Assembly: GCA_038087875.1 (NCBI GenBank)
Contig: CM075988.1
Coordinates: 15,500,001 to 15,564,000, forward strand
Length of the DNA: 64,000 nucleotides
Direction of reading: 5' to 3'
DNA from: Malacoraja senta
Taxonomy: Eukaryota
The stretch's first letter is position 1. Each line of letters opens with the position of its first letter. A model generated the notes under the pieces. It saw nothing but the letters and a program-made list of their open reading frames with translations. It ran no database searches and was not told the origin of the DNA. Shown piece after piece: positions 1 through 12,400 of the stretch. A program made the translations under genes and the position numbers.

Positions 1-1285
1 TAACTTTTTAAGTGTTTGGGACAAGACGCTAGCGACTGTAAAGCGATGGTGCAGTGTATCTGACACCTAGTTTAGTTCTCATACATGTACTATGTGAATA
101 TAACAAACATTTCACTGCCATGATCGTTTGATGATTAGATCATATTTCAGTTGTAACACCAAACAAGATACAAGGTTGCTCTTTGAAATTTCTGTACGGT
201 ACAGGAGTATTGAATATCATTTAGCTGCTTAATTGTGACTTTTACACCATAAAGTTAACATTACATCCCATAATGGGTGCACAGAATGAATTATGTGAAC
301 ATCATGCAGAGCAGCAGAGCAGCACAATCAAAGTGGTTGAAAGAGAAATGCCAACCAGCAACAAAGGTCGAAGGGATAATATTCAACGGCACCTTTCATT
401 CACAATGTCGCAATGTGTAATAGCATCAATGAGGGACTTCAGAAGAGAGCGTCAGTGCTGCAATGCAGCAAAATCATTAAAGAATATTTTAAGGCAACAA
501 AACAACTTCAAATGTCAAAATAAGTTAATTTCAGAAAGATTGAACCATCGCTTTTCAATGAAAGTTGGCACGCAAGCAATAGATTAACCCTTTCCCTACG
601 GGATACCTGGCTGGTAACGAGCTGGGTTTATCTGAAGGCGGGTGAAAGGATCTCGCTTGGTCGCCGCGTTGGAAGACGAAGGTGGAGATTAGAGGCTGAT
701 ACGTGAGCGCTAACTGACTTTATCAACCAATCAGCCATGAGCTGTTCTTATCAGTGGTTTCTCTGATAAATATATTTAAAAGCAGCAACAGTCAAACCCT
801 CCTTCGCAAAAATAAGTGAACGTGTTCAAGTCTTCATTTCGAGCAAATAAATTGTCAATTTAATGAAAAGTTAGAGGCTAATGGAAGATTTATAATCCAG
901 TTCTGTCATGGCCTCTGGAGTGAATGAAATACAAAGCAAATATATAGACATGATGTTAGGAACACAGCAGGCAATTTCAGTACAACAAAGTCCCAAGTAC
1001 ATCCATGCGACAATGACAAGGGATTTTTTTTTAACACGATGCTCGTTGAGGAATACTTATCGTCAAGAAGGTAGTGGAGATCCCATTTCCAAAAGGTCAT
1101 GGAATCTTTTAACCCCACCATTGTGGACTAAAAGAGTCAAGAGTGTTTAATTGTATTACGTACCGTTAACGGAACAATGAAATTCTTATTGCGACAGTAT
1201 AATAGGCCTGTAAGCACAATACACAGATGGTATATAATAAACAACAATTCAATAACCACAATGCTGGTGCAAAAGAAAGCTCAAA

Positions 1286-1870
1286 GTCCTTCTGCAGTTG
1301 TACAGAGCCCTAGTGAGACCACATCTGGAGTATTGTGTGCAGTTTTGGTCCCCTAATTTGAGGAGGGACATTCTTGCTATTGAGGGAGTGCAGTGTAGGT
1401 TTACAAGGTTAATTCCCGGGATGGCAGGACTGTCAGATGCTGAGAGAATGGAGCAGCTGGGCTTGTACACTCTGGAGTTTAGAAGGATGAGAGGTTATCA
1501 CATTGAAACATATAAGATTGTTAAGGGCTTGGACACGCTAGAGGCAGGAAACATGTTCCCGATGTTGGGGGAGTCCAGAACCAGGGGCCACAGTTTAAGA
1601 ATAAGGAGACGAGGAAACACTTTTTCTCACAGAGAGTGGTGAGTCTGTGGAATTCTCTGCCTCAGAGGGCGGTGGAGGCAGGTTCTCTGGATGCTTTCAA
1701 GAGAGAGCTAGATAGGGCTCTTAAAAATAGCGGAGTCAGGGGATATGGGGAGAAGGCAGGAACGGGGTACTGATTGGGGATGATCAGCCATGATCACATT
1801 GAATGGCGGTGCTGGCTCGAAGGGCCAAATGGCCGACTCCTGCACCTATTGTCTATTGTCTATTGTCTAT
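1286..1870 (+). mobile_element. HER1/CR1 LINE 3' fragment
   Basis: LYRALVRPHLEYCVQFWSP...TRGHSLRI; (CTATTGT)n tail. Confidence 0.9.
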
Positions 1871-1999
1871 AAAGTCATTAGTGCAACCAAAGACAGTTCA
1901 TAAAAGTTAATAGTTGGGGTTAGTGTGTGTACTGCAATGAAGTGAAGTCAGATTACTGCTACAGCAATAAGAGAGTGCCTCCAAAAGGAGATGACACTA

Positions 2000-2435
2000 C
2001 GGCACAGTGGCGCAGCAGATAGAGCTGCTGCCGCACAGCGCCAGAGACCTGGGTCCGATCCTGACCTCGGGTGCTGTCTGTGCAGAGTTTGCACGTTCTC
2101 CCTGTGACCACATAGGCTTCCTCCCACATCGCAAAAATGTGCGGGTCTGCACGTTAATTTTCCTCCATAAAATTGTCCCTAGTGTGTAGAGAGTCGATGA
2201 TAAAGTGGGATGGGTGCCTGGCATGCCTTGATTAGTCAGAGTATTGAGTATAAGAGTCAGGAAGACATGTTCCAGCTTTAGACAACTGGTGAAGCCACAT
2301 TTGGAGCATTATGTGCAGTTCTGGTTGCCTCTACAGGAAGGATGTGGGGAATGAATGGGTGATCAGTGGTCAGTGTGGACTCGGTGGGCTGATGTGCCTG
2401 CTTCCATGCTGCATCTCTGAACTAAGAAACTAAAA
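2000..2435 (+). mobile_element. HE1-type tRNA-derived SINE with internal CR1 fragment (about 2220-2350)
   Basis: ggcacagtggcgcagc head with A/B-box-like motifs, V-domain-like gagtttgcacgttctccctgtgacc, CR1-like tail. Confidence 0.8.
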
Positions 2436-3567
2436 GACTACCTCAGAACCGCACTGTACTGTCAGCCTGGAATCAGGACTCCGGTTTCTGTCATGAGGAA
2501 ACTTCTGACATTATTTTCAGTCCCTTCTTTAAGTCTCGGCATTTAACACGCCTCAACGTGATTATCCGCTGATTGCATTTAAATTTGCACGACTGGTGGC
2601 AGCTAATTATTAGAGCATCATCTGTGCAGCAGGATAGTTTATTGGGGGTAAATTCTCATTGAATTCTGCCTAAATCATCCAGAACTCACAATTAACTATT
2701 TTGATTTCCTTGCAAGAAAGTGTACGGTAAGGGCAGCAGGAGGCTGTCAGAAGGTCTGCAAGTCCGTGCAGTGAGATCAATGCTTCAATGCTGTTTTATT
2801 TGTCACATGCACAACTGCTCAATGACTGCGGAGATCTGGTCTGCTCCCTCACTTTTTATTCAAGAAATTACCATCAAATTTATCAATAATTCATAATCTG
2901 ATGATTTAAGTTTCTATGACCAATGGTTCTGTATTTCCCAGCCAAGGAAAAGCCTCTTCTCGTTCTCCAGAAATCGTCTCCCATTTTTCTAAATTCTTGG
3001 GAATATTGACCTTGTCATTTGTTGGTTTGTTTTTGCCTTGAACCTATCCATGCTAATGTATTACCCTAATTCCATGGGCCTAGTTTTGTACAATAAACTT
3101 ACTGCACCTCACGAAGCACCATCAACTTTATATTTCAGTCAGTATGAGGGATGAAGGGCTGTAATCGTGAATCAGTGGCTCATTTTAAGAATCTCATGGT
3201 AACTTCTTGAATGGTTTTCAAAAATCCCAATATATTACATCTACCGGTTTATTTAAATAATCTCCTCTCTACAACCAAACGTAAGGATAGACATAATGGA
3301 CTGATGATTCTACGAAAAATAACTTATCTTTCATAAATCTTTGTTGATTCGTGCCGATTGTTTTCCAGGGGCCCTGTTTGCTATTTCCTTATTGTTGAAT
3401 TTTAATAATATCCCGATGACTGATCTCAGGATAACAGTTACCGTTTCCTGATTTCTCTCTCCTTTCCTGAATGACTGGGTTATGGTTGCTACCTTCCATC
3501 CACAAGACCATTCTAAAACCATTCCTGGAGCTCAAACACTACAAAACTGCCATCTATGTAAGTTATT

Positions 3568-3985
3568 ATTCAAGATTCAAGTGTTTTATTGTCAAATGTC
3601 CCAAACAGAACAATGAAACTTGCAGCAGCACAACAGAATATATAAGCATAGTACTCTGTAAACAATATAAAATATGATAAAAGGTTCAATATTAATAAAA
3701 ATATATATATATTTATGTGTACATCAGCACACATAAAACAAACAAACAGTAATAGTGCAAAAGGACATAACTAATGTCCCGAAGTCTATGTGGTTCAGAG
3801 CTTATTTGAAGGTTGTAGTGTTTAACAGCCAGATGGCTGTAGGGAAGAAGCTGTTCCTGTTCTGAACGTTTCAGCCTTCGGGCTCCTGTATCTTCTTCCC
3901 GATGGTAGGAGTGAAATTAGTGTGTGGCCAGGGTGGTGTGGGTCTCTGATGATGCTGGCTGTCGTTTTGGCTGGCAGCTGGAAAT
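3568..3985 (-). mobile_element. Rex1/Babar-type LINE 3' fragment
   Basis: IIRDPHHPGHTLISLLPSGRRYRS. Confidence 0.75.
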
Positions 3986-5507
3986 ATATGTAAGCTTTGA
4001 CAGATGTACAAGACTGAAGAGGTTGTGATATCTCAACAGTCACCAAATCCCAATATCTGATAAGTGTTACACCTCCCACACACAGCCAACTGCTTGCGAT
4101 TCTAGGTGCCCGCATTACATTACCTCCTTCCTCTTCCTGTTGCATGCTTTCATTTGCATCTTTGTTATCTCTAGCCAGCATCAGTAGATGCAGCAACACG
4201 CCGTTAACTCATGTGTTATTAGATGCATTTCACTCCATCTCACTCATTGAGTCACAAGCAATGTTGCCGATTACAGGAAGCACATTTGTAGCTGAGGTTA
4301 CACTTGTTCAAATGGACTATGTGCCACTAAGGCCTATCCTTACAAAATACCATGCACCTTATATTTCAGTCAGTATGAGGGAGTGAAGTGCTTCATAATT
4401 CAGTGAGTTATTTGCAGAATCTCATGGTTTACAAATATCCCGACCTGCTTGCCATTCTGTTGGAGTTGGATAATTTGTAGTGAGTTAAAGACTGAAATCT
4501 AGTTGACAGATTCGGGAGGTTTATGTAACATGAAAAATATAAAAAATAATCCTTACGATACGGCTATTTGGGTAACAGAAATTTGCCGCTACAGAATTAC
4601 AAATCACAATCTGAATATGAGCTATGGAACAAAATTCCCTCTTACAGAATTTATGCGTCAAGTTTTATTTTAGTTTTGTCTGCATTTATTAGCATTTATT
4701 AGCCCCCCCCCCCCCCCCCATAAATTGCATCCAGGTATAATCAATACCTGGATGCAATTTACAAGCTGAAATGTAACAAAAGGGTTTGGATGCTTTATGC
4801 TTACAATCGAGACACTGGTGAGTGCGTCACAGGCTGATAAAGGGGTTAGTCATTTGTATGCAGAATATGTTCACCTTCTAGGGTTTTTGTGTGTAGCGGT
4901 GTTCAATAGGTGAAAAATGATGATACATCCTGAATTACGGTTTTATAACAAACAGCAGGGACACGTTCACACCACGTGGAAGCCACATAGCATTTATTTT
5001 GTAGTTATCAATCAAATTACAAATTAAAAACTGATTGCAGAAAATCAGTTACAATGGTTAGACAACGGCCAGTGTTGAAAAGACAAAAAGTGTGGGATAA
5101 AGATAGAAGATGCGTGAAGCCATTGGACTGAATACAGGTGGAAAGGGAGTGGTGGGGGGAGAGGGAACGAGGGATATGGGTGTAAATCCGGATGGGGCAC
5201 AGAAAAATGAGGGGGGGAAGTGAGGGGGGGGGGGGGGGAGATATTGGAGTTGTTTCTGTTTGAGCTGTTTTCACACATTCTCCATCCCTCTGTCTGACAC
5301 TCAGGCACATGGTGGAGATTGGTTTTGACATCTCGTGGAGAGTGAGTGTCCTCGATCAAAAATTTGACATTAGGAAACCGGAGTGGAGAATGTTGCACAG
5401 AGCAAGCTTGCACAAGAGATGTTTACCAAGTTCACAGCTTTGTGGAATGCCTGCAATTTCCAAAGATTCTGTGTTCCGTTTCTCCATCCCCAAATCACGT
5501 ACAAAAA

Positions 5508-5970
5508 CATGAGAGGAATAGGTCGGGTAGATGCACAGAGTCGCTTGCCCAGAGTGGGAGAATCGAAAACCAGAGAACATAGGTTTAAGGTGAGGGAGGA
5601 AAGATTTAAAAGGAACTTTTTCTCACAAAGCGTGGTAGGTGTATGTAACTCTGAACAATAATAGACCATTATCTGTTTATTTGCACCTTATCTGTTTATT
5701 TATTCATGTGTGTATATATTTATATAATGGTATATGGACACACTGATCTGGTCTGTATTCATGCCTACTATATTCTGTTGTGCTGAAGCAAAGTAAGAAT
5801 TTCATTGTCCTATTTGGGACATGACAATAAACTCTCTTGAATCTTGAATCTTGACAGGTACTTGGATAGGAGAGGTTTAGAGGGATATGGTGTAGATGGG
5901 ACACGTTGGCCGGTGTGGGCAAGTTGCGCCGAAGGACCTGTTTCCACACTGTAAGACTCTATGACTCTAT
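5508..5970 (+). mobile_element. CR1 LINE 3' fragment interrupted by a Rex1-like tail (about 5665-5853)
   Basis: TREHRFKVREERFKRN; inserted segment ends in (TCTTGAA)n. Confidence 0.7.
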
Positions 5971-6420
5971 CCCTCTGTATACTTGTGGAACTGCTCCTTA
6001 CCAGCTGTCAAACTCTCCTGATCTTTGAGCAACTGATGTGAGGGTGGGGTTGGGTGGTGATAATGCGTCTGTCAAGCAACAAACTCATTGGAGCACTCTT
6101 GGACCAAACATTGATGGTCCAGGTAAAAGGGTCCATAAATCTTGAGTGCCTGTCCCTCTGGGATTCAGCTTGGATCGAGGTACCTGCCCCTGGAAAGGGA
6201 GGACATGGTGCCCACAGGCAGGATGGAGACCTTTGTGAACAGCGAGCACGACAGGTGCTAAACTACATCCTTGCCATCTGGAATAACATTTTTAAAAAAC
6301 TTTTGTTTGCAAAATAGCGACTTAGAAAAGCGGTTCCATCAATAAAAAAGCAAAAGAAAGAGGTATGAGATAACTGAAGGTGCCCGGCGGAAAGGTGTTG
6401 GATCTCAGCTGTGCGCTCTT

Positions 6421-6483
6421 TTATATTTTCAGGCGTGGAGCAAGCTGGCTGTATTCAGAGCTCCCTCTACGATTCCTAAGATC
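6421..6483 (-). CDS. CD3 gamma/delta exon 6 (second half of ITAM, stop)
   Basis: DLRNRRGSSEYSQLAPRLKI*; acceptor gtattttctag. Confidence 0.88.
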   Translation of the reverse strand, partial: DLRNRRGSSEYSQLAPRLKI

Positions 6484-9400
6484 CTAGAAAATACCAAGAC
6501 AGTATTAACATCCAAATAATAAATATGTGACTATCTACCGCCTTAATCCTCCCATGTGTCAGGCAAGGAAACCCCGGTTGCCCCTTGCAGTTGTGGTTGC
6601 CACTTCAGGAGAAGGTTGTGAAAGCATGTGAGGGGCTGCGGAAAGGAATTCTGAGGACATTCTCGTTGTCAGTTATGTTCTGGCTGGGCTCGGCTTGTTC
6701 TCTTTGGAACAAGGGGACCTGAGGGAGATCCAGAACAAGGGCAACTGAGGGAGATCCAGAACAAGGGAGATTTGGGTGCCAGGCATGGAGAGGGGAGAGT
6801 GTTGGGTGGCAGTGGCTCCTCAAGGGATATGCGCATTAGTCAGAGTGATGGAGCAGTTGTGCTGAATTTTTGACACATTATAAATATGAAAGAGCTGGAA
6901 AGAATCAACAGGAGCTTCTCCGAAGGGAGATGAATACCTACAGAATAAGGGTTTTGACAATTGGTCAATTAGCAGAGGGACTAAGGGTTGATGAAAATTC
7001 TTCACCCGAAAGACAGTGATGGGGCAAGTGGGGAAGAGTCTAGGATTTGTTGTCTGAAAGAGTAGTGGAGAGGGAAACTCTCATAGAAGCCAGGAGGCAC
7101 CTGGATGAATCCTTGAAGAATCATAGCTTATAAAGCCAATGACCAAGAGCTGGAAAGTAGTTTTAATCAAAATGAAGGAGACATAAATGCTGGAGAAACT
7201 CTGATCAATCTGAAGAAGGGCTTGACCTGAAACGTCACCTATTGCTTCGCTCCATAAATGCTGCCTCACCCACTGAGTTTCTCCAGCATTTTTGTCTACC
7301 TTCAATTTTTCCAGCATCTGCAGTTCACTCTTAAACATTTAATCAAAATGAACTTGCTTTTGGTTGGCATGAGAAATCACAATCCGATTACAGCCCTCTT
7401 TCTGCTATAAATCTTGATGCTTCATTAATTTCTCTCTTTCTACAATATCTTATTTACTGCATGGGATCTGGATTATGAAATTACCCAGTTTGAAATCACA
7501 CTCTCAGCACTTTGCACTGAGATATCTATATTTCTCCCATCCCAGAGCAGGATAGAGAAAATTATCTCCTTCAGGAAGGACAGTTACCATGTCCATCCCT
7601 GTACATCTCTTGTGTAAGAAGGAACTGCAGATGCTGGTTTAAACCAAAGACAGACACAAAAAGCTGGAGTAACTCAGCGGGACAGGCAGCATTTCTGAAG
7701 AGAAGGAATGGGTGACATTTTGGGTCGAGACCTTCTGAGTTATTCCAGCTTTTTATGTCTATCTCCTGTACATGTCTTTATGGACACACTCGGCAGAGGT
7801 CTAGGGCCAGGTATCCTCTTCCCACTTCAACCAATAGAGCATCTTGTAAAACTGCAGTCTGCTGGTTTCGTGGAGATATCCAGTGTGTACTTGACAAATA
7901 TTTGAAGCTTTTGCCAATATTGAGGTACGTGAGGCAGATACTAAAACAACATTTAAACAGGTAGATAGATAGGAAAGGTTTACAGGGACAGCGGCCAAAC
8001 TCAGGGAGGTACAACCAGCGTAGATGGGGCATCTTGGTCAACATGGGCAAGTTGAGCTGAAGGACCCGTTTCTGTGCTGTATGACTCCTGCAGATCACTT
8101 AGGCATACCCTAGGGTGATTGGCTCCTAGGGTGGGTCAAGTCATCCTTTCTCAGCCATTAAGAGAGCAAAACTTTGTTCTCAACTGTCAGCTTACATGAT
8201 TTGGTTTCTCCTATTTAGTTCCCTGTAACCAAATCTCTCGCATATTCCCATCAACACCCCCGCTGATTTTTGTACCTCTTGTCAACACCAGGGGCAACTT
8301 ACATGAAACTGCAACACCCAGGGGAAACTCACTTGGTTGCAAACTCCACACATTCATTTGCGTGATGCTCCACATTAATAACTTAATCAAAGTCCAAAAC
8401 CCACTCAAACTCAATGAAGGCATTACTCTAGTTGATAACTGTTGACTATCCTTACCTGATACAGATCATTGTTATGGGGAACAAGGTGCTGCTCGTCAGA
8501 AGCTGGAAGAAAAGTACAAGGAAAGGAATAAGAAACTTGGAATTATCTAAGGCACGACCAATACCATTTCTATAAGGGTTGGGCTTAGGTATAACATTGT
8601 CATATGTACCAAGTTACAGAGAAAAGATTTGTTTTGCATGTTATCCAAACAGATCGGATAAACCATATATAAATCAAGTCAAATTCAAGTACAGTAGATA
8701 GAGAAAAAGGGAAAACACAGAGTGCAGAATATAGTTCCCAGCATTATAGCGCATCAGTTCCATTGACAAAAGTCTAATATCCTCAATAGGCTAGCGATGA
8801 ATCGGACAGCACCCTAACTTATGGAAGGCCTGTTCAGATATTAGAGGGGAAAAAGCTGCTGAGACATGACAAATTTATTCAGTCTCTTCAGGAAGTAAAG
8901 ATATTGCTGAGCCTTCTAGGCTGTCGCATCAATGTGCTTGGTCCGTGAAAGATCATTGTTAATACTAATGCCAAGGAACTTGAAGTTCTCAACCATTTAC
9001 ACTTCCACACCATTGATGGCTGAATGGAGCATATACTCAACTATGCTTCCTGAAGTTAATAACTCGCTCCTTTGTCTTGCTGACATTCAGGGAGCGGTTT
9101 TTGTCCTGAAACCAAATCACTAAGTTCTCCATCTCCTTCCTGTACTCTGTCTCATCATTGTTTGTGATTCGGCTCACCACAGTGCAAATCTTCAGATGGA
9201 ATTAGCGCCTAGTTTAGCCATACAGTTGTGAGAGTATGGGGAGTATAGTAAGGTACTGAGAATGCATCCTTGCATGGCTCCACGTTGAGAATTATTGTGG
9301 AGGTCTAATTATTGTCTTCTATCCTCACTGATGGGGATTCCTAGGTCCAGGATTTTGGAGATGAGTTTGGATAGGATTATGGTGTTGAAGGAAGAGCTAT

Positions 9401-12400
9401 AGTCGATACATAGGAGTCTAACATAGTTCATGTTATCTAAGTGTTCCAGAGATATGTTTAGGGCCAGGTAGATGGCACCTGCTGTAGACCTGTTGCAACG
9501 GTAAACATACTGCAGCCGATCAAGGCTGGCTGGGAGGCTGGAGTTAATATGTGCCATCGTCAGTCTATCAAAGCACTTCATGATGGTGGATGTCTGAGCC
9601 ACTGGACGATTGTCCAGCAATCTAAAATTCTCTTCCCCAAAATGTTGTAGCGTCTGGAGGTTAATTGAACCTTTCACAAGAGATCTTTTATTTTCCTAAG
9701 GGCAGCACAGTGTTCAATTGTTAGTATATCATGGTTCAGTTGCTCTTCACTCAGAAAGTTGCAAATTCAAGTTCCAATGATCTTGTATGGGATCTCCAAT
9801 TCAAGTTCCAATAATCTCATATGGGATCTCCAATACCCATTGCTGGGATATGGACATGTTTGTAATGGGCCATGAATTGACCCAACTGTATCAAGGCCAA
9901 AAGGTTGGCCAAGTACATAATGGCCTTATAGTTAGAAGAAGAAGTGGATGAGACATTCAGTACAGGTGTGGTGAGAACTAATAAAATAAATGGTAACCTT
10001 TTCTCCCCTTCGAAGATGCCACACAGTAGATCGCCAAAGCGATAAAGACAGTAGCAATAAGGTCTCCAATCACAATTCCAGAGATCGTGTTGGCATCCAG
10101 TTGCACACAATTCTTACAAACTGAAAACAAAGGTAGGACAAAAATGTATCAACATTTTATATTATATTTAACTCAATATAATTTTTTAAAAATCTATTGT
10201 TCCTGTTTTGTGCGCTCATTCTGGTGCTGCAGCTGACCACCTTCTTATGTTCACCCGGTGCTGAATTGGAGAACATAGCCCTGATGTTCAAATTCTACTT
10301 CTGTCTCGGAGAATGGTAGTCCACCACCTCTTTTGTTCCCAGCCCAATTTGGTAATGGTTCCAATGAGGAACTCAGGGTCAGGTAAGTCAGGGACAGCAA
10401 TGCAACAAAGAGCAACACTAACATCATGCCCAACTCTAGTTATCACATCTCTTCAAGTGTTACATAGAAAAGATCAACTTACGTTTGACAAACACAAAAG
10501 CTGTCGATCTCTTTTGGCCAACAGTGCAGGTATATTCTCCAGTATCGGTGTCCGAGAGCTTTATCAGTTTCATATTACCATCGTGCGTTTTCCCTGCATA
10601 GTTCACTCCGTCCTTCTCCCATTCTCCAACAATTGGACACTTCATAATGATGCCACCAGACTCTTCCTTGATCACTGAGGGGGACGAAGCACAGGAGCTG
10701 AGCAGCACTGACAGTGCTACTGACTGGAAGGTGAGCTCCCTGTTGGAATTCAAAGTCTGATTCCCAACTAGTAATTTGCGCTCAGCTTAGCTAGTGTCAA
10801 TCTTAGATCAGAATGCTGATGTTGTAAGAGAAGCCAAGGGAGAGAAAAAGGAATGGATCTTCCCACATGGGTGATGCTTGGCAATGGTTTAACATGAAAA
10901 AAGCTTGCAAGTTCACATCCCCGCATAGTTTTCTAGGCCCCTGACTCTCAGTCTGAAGAACTGAAACGTTCTCGACTCAAAAACGTCACCTATTCCTTTT
11001 CTGACCCACTGAGTTATCCAGCTTTTTGTGTCCATCTATAGTTTTCTGGAATTGCTTGCTTAAATTTGATGATTTGTAATTGAAAGGTATATAATCTTGA
11101 AAATAGCCAAGGTGTTGGAAAATTATAACTGGATCACTAATGTCCTTAAAGGAGAGGGACATTAGTCATATGCCTGAGACAAGATTAGCATTTCCAGAAT
11201 TTTAAACTCTGAATTCAAATTGACAAACTAAACTTTGGACATACAGCTCTGGATTGCTCTTTGTTGTATTTTATTTGTCTTCATGATATTTTATTATTCT
11301 GCTCAGTTGCTTATCAGTTTATTCTCGACTGCTGATCTATACTCTATGTGTAGCATGGAACTGCAGATGATGGTTTACACCAGCACAAGATAGACACAAA
11401 ACGCTGGAGTAACGGGACAGGCAGCATCTCTGGTCAGAAGGAATGGGTGAGGTTTCGGGTCGTGTTTCAGTCTGGAAAAGCGTCTCGACCCGAAACGTCA
11501 CCCATTTCTTCTCTGTAGAGATGCTGCCAGTCCCATTGAGTTACTCCAGCATTTTGTGTTTATACTATATGTGTGTTGGTAGTCGAGGAGAAACATGTAA
11601 GCAAACTATCAGGATCTCGGAAGTTTTCCGGTCTGGAAACTTGATTCACTTTCTGGGTCACATTGTTTTGCAACTTAAGTGGAGGTTCAATGAACTGAGT
11701 GTTCAGTGCTAGGAATTATCTTTACACCTTAATCTTTAACTGGCAAGCTCAAGGCAATTGCAAAGGGAAGAGGCAAACAAAGTGAAATCAAAGAAATAGC
11801 AGAGATCTGGGCAGGGAGTCACCCTAACAGCTTGATGTTAACTGCAAAGGTGGAGTAAGAAATTACCCACTTGCTCTCTTATCCATGCAATGTTTCAAAG
11901 ATAAGAAAATAAGGTTTTCATTGAAAACTCTATTAAAAACTGTGGAAAATCTAACAAATCCTAACCTTCAGTTTCTTGCTATTCATAACTCAAAGTAACG
12001 TTTAACCCCAATAATTTAAAATCAACGGCTTACCAATCATTTCTTGAGAAAACCCTAAATAGAAAGAAATTGAGAAAACAGTCACCAGGGCAGCATGAAT
12101 TTCAGTTTACAATTAAATGCAAACGCTGACAGTAAAGGCGACAGGTGTACACACACACACGCGCGCGCGATTCATGCAATCAGTAAATCCCATTATGTAC
12201 CATGATTGTCTCCACAGGGTATGGATCATATAACTGCAGTATTGTCCAAGCAATTAGAGTTGTCATGAGCTTTTGCTCTGCTCATTACCTCTTAATTTCA
12301 TAACCAGGTACTCTGTGTACATGTCCCTGAACTGTGCAACCCACAATGAAATTGGACCTCATTAGTGGGGTTGAGATATGGTTTGATTCTTCTTTTCCTT

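Noticed and set aside
273-587. 104-aa ORF
   Set aside because: No recognisable domain or splice context.
584-603. TTAACCCTTTCCCTACGGG as a piggyBac terminal repeat for the transposase
   Set aside because: No matching inverted end found in the window, and five CD3 exons lie between it and the ORF.
1-6400. CD3 epsilon exons tail-to-tail with the gamma/delta gene
   Set aside because: No PPxPNPDY or ITAM-encoding exon recognised; the region is mostly repeats.
6705-6772. Short tandem duplications (26-bp unit here; 34-bp unit near 9766-9834)
   Set aside because: Ordinary slippage duplications in introns with no sign of function.
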